Notes under the pieces: generated by a model
What the model saw: the letters and a program-made list of their open reading frames with translations, nothing else
Told to the model about the DNA's origin: nothing
Databases searched by the model: none
Part shown: positions 10,063-23,700 of the stretch, piece after piece
Numbering within the stretch: the stretch's first letter is position 1
Layout of the letters: every line of letters begins with the position of its first letter
From: Paraphysomonas bandaiensis
Lineage: Eukaryota; Protista; Chrysophyceae
DNA length: 64,000 nucleotides
NCBI GenBank assembly: GCA_965644295.1
Contig: CBFFRP010000408.1
Location: forward strand, 1 to 64,000
Direction: 5' to 3'
Program-made: the position numbers and the translations under genes

Positions 10063-10647
10063 TTAAAACTTCCTGGAAGCCGCCAAAAACGAAAACACCA
10101 CGAAGAAGCTTACAATAAATTCTACTCCAACGAAAAAGATTGCGATTGCGTTTAGTACAACTTCAGCCCTGAGTCTGCGGACGTGCACAATTATACGATC
10201 ATTCAAAGCGCAACCACTTACACATAAAGCTGTAATTCCATGTAGTATGCGTGAAGAACAATAATTGGTAAACTCAAAAGCATACTTGCAGTAAGCGGAC
10301 CCAGCTGGGAAGTCTTATTTCCTTTAGTTGCTAGAGTAAAAGTTACACACTGACTACAGATTGAAAGTACATCATTCACCTAAAAATAGTCGCGATGACT
10401 CCACCATCGCGTAACAGAAAACAGTGACAAAATCCCATCCTAATATATTACCAGGGTAATAATATCTCACAGCTATATATATTAGTAAAATAAAAAATAA
10501 ATCTGGATACTGCACGGTACCTTTATAAGTGAAAAGACAAATATAGAGTACGAAGAGGATGATGCCATAGTGCCAGTTGAAATGAATAAGAATTTGAAGT
10601 GGAAGTGACGATAACGTCGGCTTTAAATTGTTTGCATCATTTATCAT
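10063..10647 (-). CDS. TMEM216: Ciliary transition-zone membrane protein, TMEM216/TMEM17/TMEM80 family
   Basis: Four exons (10521-10647, 10380-10472, 10222-10330, 10063-10174) total 441 nt with GT-AG introns; LSSLPLQILIHFN, SRLFLATKGNKT, YYMELQLYVLRAE motifs. Confidence 0.85.
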
Positions 10648-11855
10648 CGATGCACCTCAATATTCGCACCTGACAGTGTTCTCAGCTAACTATTCTCGAC
10701 TTAATGCCCCATTGAAATGCTGCGTGATTTGAAATAATTCGCCATGCCTTATAACTGTATTGCTGTATTACTGTAGTACAGCTGTAGTATGAGGTCTCGA
10801 TGCATGTATCGGCATGCTTTGTGTATTTTTGTTCCAAGATGCCTCTAATATTAAGACAACAATTATGTGTATTCCAGCCGTAGTTGTAGTACAGTAATAT
10901 AGAGGAGTTTTGCTTCAATTTATTTCCGAAAATAAAATGCTGACTGTGCTGTACCAGTATATACAATATACAATTCATTATAAATGCTCATTATAAATAT
11001 ATATTTCGGGTAAACCATGCAGTATATATATCTTCAGTATCAGTATCATACAGCAGAAGTGTATCGGTGTAAGATCAGTACTTCTTTTATGCCGCATACC
11101 GCAGAGTGACTGCTGTGTCAGTGTCTTGGATTGAGAATACTTAAGGTTTAATGCGCAGGTAACCAATACTACAATAAGCAGCAATACTGGCCCACCGAGA
11201 GCTAATCTTCCAGCGACTCGCCAGATATGGTAGATATGAAACTTTTAAGTCTGCTGTAGAAAAGGCCCTGACACTGGTCCAGAGGCACTATATAAATGAG
11301 GTAACACCAGTAACTGTGCATGTAATTGCTGCTTACCTGTGACGTTGTGCTTCTAAGCCTCGTTCGACAACATTTTCGAGCATGCATCCACCCATATGCT
11401 ATTACCCCAGTCCCTTCTGTGGTAGGGGTACAATTGTTGTAGCTATTGTTGAAACAGTTAATGTGTTGGAACATTATAATTGGGAAATTATCAAATTCAT
11501 TAACACTGGCTATCAATACACTATACTCTCTAGCTAGCAGCTACACTCTAACCAAGCCACTTACTTCCTATTTTCGTACACGAATGCGTTTCCCAAGGCA
11601 TGCATGCCCTTTAATGCCACTAATACCGAAATAGATAATATCGCTCATAATCATAAATAGTGTGGTGTGTGGTGCATCCTTAATTACTAATAAAGTTATA
11701 TAACAGACTACGAGTCGTAACTACACGTCATCAGTTTTCTTGCCCTCCACTGGCATATCAGGATCTACTTGCAAGGCTTCATGTGACAGTGTGTTGATGG
11801 AGTGTGAATAATATGATCATATCACAGTCGCTATTAAAATGGCATTACCATTAAT

Positions 11856-12731
11856 CAGGGATAGGGTACAATATATTGTATTGCAATATATTGTCAATAT
11901 ATTGTACAATATATTGCAATGTATTGTAGAATATATTGATTGGTGGACTGGTCAAATATTCCATCAATATTGTTTGTGTTAAACGAGCTCACAATACTAT
12001 TGCAATATTTCGCAATCAATATTATGATAGACATATAAGTGAAGATTCTCAACTGTATGGTGCAAAATATACGCCTATGTATACAAATATCCGGAAAATA
12101 CAGAGGATGATGAAGCTGAAGTTGGCTATGCGGAAAAAATTCTTCAATCAGCTCAAAATCTTAAGAAACGGAAAGCTGAAATATCTAAGTACAGGTGCAC
12201 GAGTCATGTAGTATGTACTTCCCATACATGTGATCGCCTGTTCAGCGCAGCAAAATTGATGATATCAGTGTTGCGCAAACGTATGCATCCTACTACACTT
12301 AATATGCTGTTGTTTCTGAAAGCTAACCGACAGTTGTGGCCGGATGCAAGCATATTTCAATCAATATTAAATGAATATGGTGATAATGATGTCACCGATG
12401 ATGGCTCAGAGGATGAGTATGAGGAAACTTTTAATTAATTAGGAGTAGTGGGTTTGATTATCAAGTGACCTTAGACCTTATAATGGCAAGTAGTAAAAAT
12501 GGAAACTACGGATGTGTTTACTTACGATTACAGGGATGGTTGCACCAATGTGCTTGCAGCAATGCACAAGCAGTCCAGAGACAACTGAGCATTTCGTAAT
12601 CTGTGTTACCCACTAGTCTAGAGTCATAGATAGATAAATGCAATAAGTTCTCTCATGTAATAATCAGATCTTCATAATATATATATATACTTACGATTAC
12701 TCATATACTAATATATTGTTCCCTATCCCTG
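11856..12731 (+). mobile_element. Non-autonomous hAT element
   Basis: 22-bp TIRs CAGGGATAGGG(T/A)ACAATATATT, 8-bp TSD CCATTAAT, subterminal CAATATATTG repeats, remnant hAT dimerisation domain (CDRLFSAAKLMIS...LLFLKAN). Confidence 0.93.
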
Positions 12732-12879
12732 CCATTAATGGTTACCAGACCCTGGTATAATCAGTATACCATATGCCACCTCTCCACAGTATCTGCTCTG
12801 AAATGGTGCTTCTCTCTCCCAAGCTGACTACTACGCAAGTCATTCACAGCATCCACAGATCATATCACCAATTTGAGAT

Positions 12880-13330
12880 GCGGTCATTAGAATGGCGCCA
12901 TACAAAAACATGAGGTGGTTTACCCGTTGCAATCATACCGGATTCTTCATTCCTTAATATTCCAGTACAAGCATCCACTATTCCACTTGTACATATACGC
13001 GCTGAAGAAAAAGCGGATGATTCGCTGGTGCGATTAACCAGTTCTTATGAAACACAAGTGATGCAAGTAGGTGCGATAGGTACTCTAAAACTCTCTGGGT
13101 AAAAGCTGCAAATATTGGTAGAATAAGTTCTCACTGCTCCACAGTTAAAGGAGGCCCTCCTCCGTTGTTATTAAAATGTGAAGGTAAATTTCCAAAGGTA
13201 AGGTCACTATGGCTTACATACCAGTACCACTCTTCCAACACTCTCATTGGCAACAGTTTCCGATGTATTGCTCTCTCTAATGTCCTGAGCAAGCTGCATT
13301 GCCTTGGTTTATTCGTCGATGGCATTGCAT
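12880..13330 (-). pseudogene. Degraded Crypton-type tyrosine-recombinase transposon, C-terminal region
   Basis: Pieced translation VGRVV..FGNLPSHF..LLASLVFHKNWL..HPLF..MIATGKPPH parallels the segment after the recombinase core seen at 55.3-55.45 kb; stops and frameshifts. Confidence 0.55.
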
Positions 13331-14496
13331 AAATATTCTAGGACACGTGAATCTTGTTGTCTGTGTCCCTCTCATTGTCGTGTTAACTTTTCGTTGTACG
13401 TAATGAAAATTTCAGTACATAAATTAAATCGAAGTATATGCATATATCTACAAGTCTATATCTGTATGCTCTGCACTGCACTGCAGTAGATATTAGACAA
13501 TAAAAATATTTCGTAAAGTGTATTATCTTTAATAATAATATTATCTTATTGTAGTCCAAATCGAATATTATTCCAAAATAAATAATCGCTTTTGCAAAAA
13601 TTTTATATCGCACACCCTTATTACTAAATATATAAGAATGTCTGATTATTACATACATGAGAACGGTCGTGTACAGAAACTAGTTTTACATCTCTATAGA
13701 CTAACAACTGATAACTGGACTTGCTATATTATACCACTCTAGTGGCGGGCAACCGTCGACTTCTTGTGCATCCCTTTCTAAATATATAAAATATAGCCAT
13801 ATATAATATTCCGTAAACACCTGCTATTTTAAGATTTTCCATTATGAGCAGTGTGGGCAGAAAACACGAGGCGAAGACTTCAAGTGCACTGGTTGTAAGA
13901 ATTCCTAGTCACTGGGTAGGATCCTCGTTTTTTCACACCTCGTCCCAACAACGGTTTTCGGTAGAAAGCGATCACGAAACATACTGCAGGATACAGCACT
14001 ACCATATTTCCGGCATAAAAAGAATTCTGATTTCAACCTCTTCATAACAGGCCCAATCGCATGTATTTGTTATAGTTAGGCTTGTTTTTTGACTTAGCTT
14101 GGCACTTTTGAATAGTCTTATCGACCTTTACGTCCAATAATATCACCGCCTGAACCTAAATTCCCGCTTTCCTGCAAGCCAGCTTTTTCTGTTTCATAGA
14201 AAGCGTAATCGCAACCTTTTTGATGGAAATAAACATCGCAATATACTTACTTCGTTCCATTACCTTACATAATATTAACTCCTGGGAAAATGTTTATGCA
14301 CTGACACTGTGATAAAAATGCAGAAAAACAATATTATATTTATATTATATTATATAAGCAGTATGATGAAGACTACGTATTATATAAAAATGCAGATAAC
14401 GTACAGCATGACAAGTAGTGAAAGCAGTGATCAAAGTCTACTACTACTGGAACGCTTATTAAGAGACTACACATACATACATTTTGTGCTATTTGC

Positions 14497-14602
14497 ATCG
14501 GGGACTGCCTTATTATGTGCCTTACGGCAGGCACCAGGGCCCCTGGAAGCAGCACTATGCTCTTCTGAGAATGGTGGTCTGGTGGCCCTTCCTTATAGTA
14601 GG
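14497..14602 (-). mobile_element. Internal fragment of the same non-LTR family
   Basis: Reverse complement AAGGAAGGGCCACCAGACC...CTCAGAAG...GCAGTCCCC matches 40675-40757. Confidence 0.6.
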
Positions 14603-14749
14603 TGTTATGTATTTTAGCTAGAGTTACTGGATCTGCCTATATCGCAGGATAAGAGGACAAGGAAACCATATCTTTCACTAAAGTAGTGTATTTTGTTGTA
14701 GTCTAGATTCCCGAAATGCTATATATAAGGAAAATATTATTATTATCTA

Positions 14750-14900
14750 CTAGTCGCTAATATATATTATCTACTATAGTCAAAGTAAAAATGACTCGAC
14801 CTAGTAAATTTAGGTATTAAATTTAGTCATTGATAACGCATTGTGACCTTCTAAGACGGTTGCTCACACTACACAACATATTAATGGCTTGCGGAGGATC
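14750..14900 (+). mobile_element. Diverged fragment of the MULE-like MITE family
   Basis: AAATGACTCGACCTAGT...GTATTAAA...CATTGTGAC...CACAACATATT matches 52950-53075. Confidence 0.55.
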
Positions 14901-15192
14901 AATACAAGCATTCAAACATAATAGTTAACTCATATAGTCATATCTACTTAAAACTGTGTATGTATTATGACTCTTGACTCTTCAACGCCTATTGCTAAAT
15001 AAACAGACATTATTTACTGGACTACAGTAATGCAAAATACGTTGCTCAATATTACTAAATATACGAATACTATACGTCGTTCCCTACTACTAGCTCTCCT
15101 GATGAATGTGAGCAATATATAAATTTGTAGGAGCCATGTAGTTGCCTGTAGAGAATAAATGTAGACTAAATGTAACATAGCTATATATTTAA

Positions 15193-15302
15193 CCGCGGGG
15201 AATAAGGAGCCTATATATCGTCCCGCGCTCAAAATTTTGAAACGAGGACGAAAAGCCCGAGTAATAAAATTTAGACAAGGAACAATATTCCTTATTCCTC
15301 GG
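15193..15302. mobile_element. 110-bp piggyBac-like MITE
   Basis: TTAA on both sides; imperfect TIRs CCG..GGAATAAGGA / TCCTTATTCC.CGG. Confidence 0.55.
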
Positions 15303-16069
15303 TTAAATTGTAGCTTTTATCCTCATGATGTTGAAAACTTAATATTAGATTGTATAGCTATTTTAGTAGCTTGTTTGCTGTAATAATAAGTAATAGGTGT
15401 TTCCTGATTAACATTAAGAAAACATATTAGAATTCATATATATTATTTCAAATGAGTGATATGTATACTGGCAGTGTATGCTTTGGGAATATAGCAATAG
15501 ACTATAGATCAATCCTAACAATAAACACCCAAATTTTGAAATATAATAGCTACAATATATGCACTCCTACCACAGAAGGATACTGAGGGAATGGCAACTG
15601 CAAGGTGTTGAAATTCGCACATAAATGTGATGACGAACGTGAACAGTTGCAGTCGCACGCAAGGCTTTTTATTGCCTTAATTAGCATCATCTTCTCATTT
15701 ATATACAATACGCTTAACCTCTGCTAGTGCACCTGATTGAATGATGTGTGCATGATAGGAGGCACAAAATCCTGATAAGCACAATGCGACCCCAACCCTG
15801 AAAGAACTGGATGCCACTGCCCTTTACCACCTATACAGCATCAGATATGGCACTTAAACTCTACTGAAATAATCTTGAAGTTGTTTCGAAGTCCTGGCTA
15901 TATGAAGGCATATTATTTGCACTGACGACATACATTATGATCTTCTACAGTAGACGAAGGATGGAATACAACTTGGAGTGCTTGATGATGAGCTTTGGAT
16001 TAGTTGACTCTTGATTGTGGATTTCTCTATAATTGTGTAATATAATAAAATCACATACTTACAAGTAAC

Positions 16070-16372
16070 TGTCAATATCAAAATTAAGATAGAAGTGAGT
16101 TCTGTTGAACCGAATACTGAAGTTGAATGTCTATTGTCTATTTTAGCCCGATGCTAATATGAGCGCTCTGTTGAGCCCAAATTAGGTAAAAAAGCTTTTC
16201 TTGAGACAAAATGGGGTATATTTATAATTTCACTGACATCATTATGATCACATGCATATGACTGTCGACTGTCAATATCGTAATTAAGATAGAAGTAAGC
16301 TTCTGTTGAACCGAATATTGAAGTTGAATGTCTATATTAGCCCGGTGCTAATATGAGCCCAAATCAGGTATA
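16070..16372 (+). repeat. Imperfect direct repeat (~100-120 bp unit, ~200 bp period)
   Basis: TGTCAATATC..AATTAAGATAGAAGT..TTCTGTTGAACCGAATA..TGCTAATATGAGC occurs at 16070 and 16270. Confidence 0.8.
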
Positions 16373-16940
16373 AGAGATTAGAGTAATTCATATTAACTAG
16401 AATTGCATTGATATTGGATGAAATCTTAGACCCCGACATAAAATCTCTCTCCCAACCCTTCTAATCTGCACGGTGCAATATGTAATTCGTTTTCACCACT
16501 GTTTAATATTCCCCAAAGAGTATATACATCCACAACAGAACCTAAGCTTACAAGTGTTGTGTAAAGTTTCGGAAAAAGTGTAAGTTGATAACATATTTTG
16601 TTGACGTCTGATATAAAAACTCGGACCAACAGCCAGACGCTATACCTACATGGAAATGACTGTGGGGTGATGTCCATGACATAACTTCTGTGACCTCACA
16701 ACAACAATATTCAGTGCATGACAGGGCCTCTGTAGCTTGCAAAGTATATATAACATGATACAACAAAGCACACGTCATACTAATACTATAATGAAAAATA
16801 CAATTGCAGTGCATTTGTTGTCTGGACAAGTATAAATATATTCTGAACAACGTTTAATCAAAGAAACTGAAAAGAGAATCGGCTTTGGAAGAAGGTTGCA
16901 CTAAATTAGCAGCATTACGACATGCCATATAGTACGCGAA

Positions 16941-17210
16941 CTACTCTGCTTTAGCTGGTTTCTTGTTGTTCTTCTTCGAAAATCTCAAGTTGCGCAAGAA
17001 TTTGGGGTCCATCTGTGCGTATTGTAAATGCAACTGAAACTATATAAAAATACTCTACTTACTCCTTTAAGAGATCGCATCTGGAACTTTGAGCGCTTCT
17101 TGATTCCGTTCTTGTGTGCCTTGACGGTTGCGTTTCTCCCGGTGTGGTTCTTTTGCTGTTCAAAATATTAAGAATGGTGTGTCCAAAACATGTTGAAATA
17201 CCTTAGGCAT
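16941..17210 (-). CDS. RPL29: 60S ribosomal protein eL29
   Basis: Exons 17202-17210, 17063-17155, 16941-17012 give MPKQKNHTGRNATVKAHKNGIKK...LKGMDPKFLRNLRFSKKNNKK. Confidence 0.95.
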
Positions 17211-17738
17211 GGTGAATAGTCGATGTAAATACAAGTGCTAATGCTGCTAATTTATGTCAAGTCGGTACGATAACTTCTCATCAATTGGTCCTTTGCCTTA
17301 CATGTTATCCTTCATCCGTTCGTTCTCACACAGTCACCAATTGGAAGGTGTTTTTTGTAGTATCTCTAAAGGACACCACAGAAAATACAAGAAACTGAAA
17401 TTCTTATCCTTGATGTATATGCAGACGGTATATACCAGATATACCCTTGGTATACCGCTGTACCGGCCCTGGTACACCATGCTATACGAGTACAGCAGTA
17501 GTATGAGCTAGCTAAGATACAATTGCTTGCGTAGGTATAATTATATCAATGAAATATCGAAAGCGCCTAAAGTGGTTTGTTCTTGTGAACTCATAACCTC
17601 TATTTCGAATGAGTCGCATACGGTACGCCGTCATTTTCTTATATGTTAGTGAAGTACTGTAGGTATGCTGCCTCTCACTTCTCGATTCAGCTTGCAGTAA
17701 CGTTAGGTGTAAAGGCAATAGAAAAACACAACCTGTAA

Positions 17739-20700
17739 ATGACAGCTGATAACAATCAAAATCAATATCATAACACCCCATTTGCTTCGTCTCCAGGGAA
17801 ATCGGAAGTTAGTCCGCTGGAAATCCCTCTGTTATCCGAGTACTTATACTTATTAAGAGGTGACTCAACAATCCGAGTATACTGTGCAATTACAGAAACT
17901 TCTTTTCGTTGCTACTCCACAAACCCAGCTGAGCATTCTGATCCAGCTACTATTCTGCCCTTTGAAGATATTTCGCTATCGTCAATAAGCATTTCGAAAT
18001 CTACTTTTGGTAACAAGCCTAAAGGATTCACAGTTTCGAGATGCGGTGATATAAATTCTCTGTTCGAGTTTATATGTCCCACGACGTCTAGTATGTCGAA
18101 ATGGGTAAATTTTTTACAGGTGTTATCTTCTGCCAAGGCATTATGGGAAGGTGCCACAAAGAAACAGAACAAACCTTCTGTTCCTTGCAACCAAAATAAT
18201 GGTGCTTCTGGTTCGTACTTCAAGGAATTCGTACATTCCGTTACATGGAATTGGGACGATGTCTCTGTCAGCCAATCAGAAGAAGCTCAGATGACATGTA
18301 CAAGTATAGAAAATCGCGAGTGTTCTCTATCAAAACCATCGAAGCTGTCTCAGCGCCTGGCCATGAAATACAAAGGTACCCAACTAGTGAGTGTTTTAAT
18401 ATTATATTTAATTTTCACATTTTAGAGCATGCTTCGAAAGAGCAACACGAGAAGAAGCATAAATTTTTTTTGCTGGAACAGGAACGCAAAAAAAATCGTA
18501 TTTATCGCGGTGCACCTGGGGATGAAAACATTTATAATGATGAATCAAATGGTAAATCACCTGAGTGGGTGAGCAACATGTTTGGAAACAACAGCCATAC
18601 CAGTCGAAAGTTCACACCGAGTAGATACAAAGGCGGGCGTATAGATCTCAGAAAGGGTGCTGGAAATAAGTCCAAAAATTCTGAAGCATCGAGTACCTTA
18701 TCTAGTGCAGCAGGTCATACAGAGAATACAAATAGTCAGAACTCGCAACCCTTGCGCAGCCGCGGACAAAGAATTTCTGTAGATCAAGGTTACGAAACGA
18801 TGTCGAAACGGCAGGGTACGAGTCCTAATAGGGCTGCCAAACAAGCTTGGAACGAGTATCATTTATATGATCGCACTGCCAGCCCTTCTGCTAAGAGTAA
18901 TGTCCAGATTATCCGAGGTTTCAGCCCCTCAAATCGGGTGCGTGATCATATGTCACCCCATTCGCGACGACACAGTGATACTCAGGCTTCTGGTTGCAGA
19001 AAAGGAGCAGCTAGGTGCTGTACCCGTGACCCCTTGAAAGGAATTACAGCCAGTGGGAAAAATTCGAATAATAAATCAGCAGGTATAGAGGGCCGTAAAG
19101 ATAGAGTGAAAAGTGATAGTAGCGGTGCTAGTGTCGTCAATGGTCAAACTAGCTCGGGGAGAGGTCAGCGCCGTAATACGACGGGAGGTGGACATGACGA
19201 CGACGATGATGATGATCCAAGAAAATACATACCTCGACGTATAAAGCATGTCTCGGATGCTGTACATAAGCAGGAAAGCGAAGACAGCTTATCAGAGTCC
19301 TCGTCCTCGGACGATGATATCGATAGTGCAGTTGATTACAGGGAGTTGCTGCCTAGTCGTTTGAATAACACGGAAAAGCCTTCTTCAATGAAAGGTACTT
19401 GGAGCAGCATGAATGCGAAGCTTGATGGCAATGTGGCATCAAGTGAAGGTGTAAAAGACCTGCTATCCGATGGCGTAGTTAATCGCGCGTCATATGGACA
19501 TATTTCCAATGTCACACCCGATCGTGGCCTGAGCACTCGCGATGCAACTCGGCATACCAGAGATGGCGATCGTACTGTCAAGTCTGCCCCTTGTAAAAGT
19601 GTGAATAGTTTTAACAACAACACATCGAAATCGTGGAATCGTAAAGCACAAACTCCGACTGCTGATCGAAGACGTGGCTCTTCGAGCCCGCACACGCGGC
19701 GGTTATCAGCACCCTCGTATCACACTATGAAACTTCACTCAAAACGGGCGTCGGGTTTTTTTGAGTGGTACTCAAGCAGGGGGAAATCTCCAGCAACACT
19801 CAAGTATGGGCGAGGTGAATCGCAGACAAGCAATCAGGACCAAGTTGCTTTTCACAGAAGAGGTCTCTCTCCATCAGAGCGGCACGTTCCCGTGGTATTG
19901 TTTCGATCATCACCTACTGTAGAACCTCATAAAAGAACTTTGAGCCCGACAAAAACTATATCTGCAGGTACTTCTACGAGTCATTCTCACTCTTTCGGAC
20001 GGAATGGATATCTACACCCTGCTGTGCATAATTCACCTCTCGATGATCTCCCTCCGAGTATTAATAGTCTGTTGAGCAACGCTACTCACCATAAACAAGA
20101 TAAAACATTTTCCAACGGATCTGGTGGGCGCTTTAAGACACCTGACGAATTACGCTGTAAGCGTCCTACTCATGATGTGCACAAGCGAGATATTCTTACT
20201 GATGCTGCGGAGTGGTCGCGAATGCTTGACTGGTTAGAAACTATTGGTATGGGTAAGTATGCGTCGTCATTTAAAAGCAATGGTGTTACGAAGCTTAGCG
20301 TTGTCGAGCTGCTTAGTTATCACGATTTGGTTCAGTTGAATATAAGTAGCAATGATGTTCCCCGAATCATGGACAGTATTCGTGAAATTAGCCGACGAAC
20401 TAAATCATTTGCTGAACTAGCTATGTCCCCCGTAAGCCAGCCTACGAAGTTATCGAACTCTTGTAAATCGTCTCCTGGCGAGAGTCGAAAGCCATCACCA
20501 GCTTTATCCCGGAAACATGATGGGACCACAGGATCATTGTCTCAACGATCTAGAATTAGCGACAATACCTCGTTTCTTCATTTGTGTTTTTCAGTGGAGG
20601 ACAAGCCCAAGAATGATAAGTGTGTGCAGTCTGTTAGTATTCCTGCGCTAATTGCTGTGTTTGACAACGGGAATCGGCGGGCGTTTTTCTTTATGTGGAA

Positions 20701-23700
20701 CGTTATACATAAAGCTATTGTTCGTGAGACTTTCAGTCGCGATGGTTCAACGCTTCAATCTTTGTATGTGCTAGAATTTTATTGTCAGTTGTATTTTGCC
20801 GTTTGGCCAATGCTGGTACAAGCTTCTCGTGATAGAGTTGCCGACGCGATGTTGAGTTTGAAGAAGTACTTGCATTCGTTGGTGTCGAGTTCAGAACCTG
20901 TTGCAGCTTCGTTGGTAAATTCTCGCTTATTTGCGGCGTATGCGGGAATTATTTTGGTCCCAGAGCCAAGAGAGAACCCTGCGTATGCCGCTCTATTCGA
21001 ACCTAGATGGAGGCAAGGACTGAGAAAACGTCTATTCAGCTTCTTAGATGGCATAGCAGTTCAGTGTGGTCCGCAGCAATCAGAACAAAAGGGCTTATTG
21101 ACTGGAAGTAATGAGCGGAATCCCCATCAGATTAGGAACGAGGCCTATAGGAAAGGAGATGTACACTTAGACAGTGATGCTTCAAAGATCGATGGTCTAA
21201 GAAGTCGACCGCGAGCTGAAAGTTCAACACATGCTGATGCAGAAAATGACATGCTTAAAGTATTACATACTTTGGAGGCATCAGAAAAGTTGAACCGCGC
21301 CTTGCGGGACACTAGTCCCAATTCTGCTAGCATCGCTGCTGATGCAACGAAACAATACCGTGCATCAGTTCCGCAGGAGTACACTCCGAACTCCTGCTCG
21401 CAGAGCCATACTCAATCCCAAATTTATGCGAAAGCTGTATCTGCGAGAGATAAGGCACCACAACATAGTGGAAGTATGATGGATCCCTGTGCTAACATTG
21501 ACATGCTCAAAAGTGGTCCCAGTACTGCTAGTGTTGATAATTTGATTAGTGGTGCAGATGTGCCCCACGCCCCTGGAAATAAAGTATCATGGTGTACATC
21601 AACTCCTGATGCAGAAGTATCTTCGTCTATGTCGAAGAATCCTAATCGTCGGATGTCAGCAATGTTGGGGTGTGGACCACTAGTAATGGAACTCGTATCA
21701 GACGATGACGACGATAATATTATCAATACCATAGACAGTCTTGCCCTATTAACAGATGATGAGAGCGATGATTCCAATAATTTTGATGTTACGCCTAAGG
21801 TTAATGCTGGGCATTTAAAACCTGTCCATAGTGATCTATCGATCGAGACTAAGGAGTGTATAGGCGAAGAAATTATACCATATATATCGCATTCTAGTGA
21901 GAGTAGCGCAGTGGAGAGCACACCATGTGATTCGAGAGCTAATTTTCCATCACCCGAAAGGCATCATGCCGCAAGAGTGTCAATCACGCAGGTTTTCAGT
22001 GCTGTCCCAGATTCTGTCAAAGAGTTGTGCCTTCAACAAGCAACAAATTGCTCAGATAACAGAGGTGATCAGCAATATGAGCAAAGGAAATCGAATGGTA
22101 CTTACGCACAAAGTGTGAGCACATGCCCCACTGAAGACGTCGATCAATCAGCGAGGTCGAGCGGCAACACCCCGTCATCTGCACTTGATAATCACATAGA
22201 TAGAGATCTGTGTGTCATATCTGAACCGGATGTGAATTTGTCAGATGAATGTGACGCTTCCATCAGAGAGCATATACTTCACAATAAGGAAAATATTGAT
22301 AAGGATAAGGGTGATGATACGAATCTTGATGTTAATGTGAATTCAGAGGTACTACCAATATCAGAGGCTGCTACACTGTCTGCTTCATCTGCAACAGCTG
22401 GATCTGAAGAGTCTAGCGGCAACACCCCGTCATCCGCACTTGATAATCACATAGATAGAGATCTGTGTGTCATATCTGAACCGGATGTGAATTTGTCAGA
22501 TGAATGTGACGCTTCCATCAGAGAGCATATACTTCACAATGAGGAAAATATTGATAAGGATAAGGGTGATGATACGAATCTTGATGTTAATGTCAATTCA
22601 GAGGTACTACCAATATCAGAGGCTGCTACACTGTCTGCTTCATCTGCAACAGCTGGATCTGAAGAGTCTAGCGGCAACACCCCGTCATCCGCACTTGATA
22701 ATCACATAGATAGAGATCTGTGTGTCATATCTGAACCGGATGTGAATTTGTCAGATGAATGTGACGCTTCCATCAGAGAGCATATACTTCACAATGAGGA
22801 AAATATTGATAAGGATAAGGGTGATGATACGAATCTTGATGTTAATGTCAATTCAGAGGTACTACCAATATCAGAGGCTGCTACACTGTCTGCTTCATCT
22901 GCAACAGCTGGATCTGAAGAGTCTAGCGGCAACACCCCGTCATCCGCACTTGATAATCACATAGATAGAGATCTGTGTGTCATATCTGAACCGGATGTGA
23001 ATTTGTCAGATGAATGTGACGCTTCCATCAGAGAGCATATACTTCACAATGAGGAAAATATTGATAAGGATAAGGGTGATGATACGAATCTTGATGTTAA
23101 TGTCAATTCAGAGGTACTACCAATATCAGAGGCTGCTACACTGTCTGCTTCATCTGCAACAGCTGGATCTGAAGAGTCTAGCGGCAACACCCCGTCATCC
23201 GCACTTGATAATCACATAGATAGAGATCTGTGTGTCATATCTGAACCGGATGTGAATTTGTCAGATGAATGTGACGCTTCCATCAGAGAGCATATACTTC
23301 ACAATGAGGAAAATATTGATAAGGATAAGGGTGATGATACGAATCTTGATGTTAATGTCAATTCAGAGGTACTACCAATATCAGAGGCTGCTACACTGTC
23401 TGCTTCATCTGCAACAGCTGGATCTGAAGAGTCTAGCGGCAACACCCCGTCATCCGCACTTGATAATCACATAGATAGAGATCTGTGTGTCATATCTGAA
23501 CTGGATGTGAATTTGTCAGATGAATGTGAAGCTTCCATCAGAGAGCATATACTTCACAATGAGGAAAATATTGATAAGGATAAGGGTGATGATACGAATC
23601 TTGATGTTAATGTCAATTCAGAGGTACTACCAATATCAGAGGCTGCTACACTGTCTGCTTCATCTGCAACAGCTGGATCTGAAGAGTCTAGCGGCAACAC

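Noticed and set aside
13800-14260. Possible coding remnant on the minus strand
   Set aside because: Multiple stops and no recognisable motif
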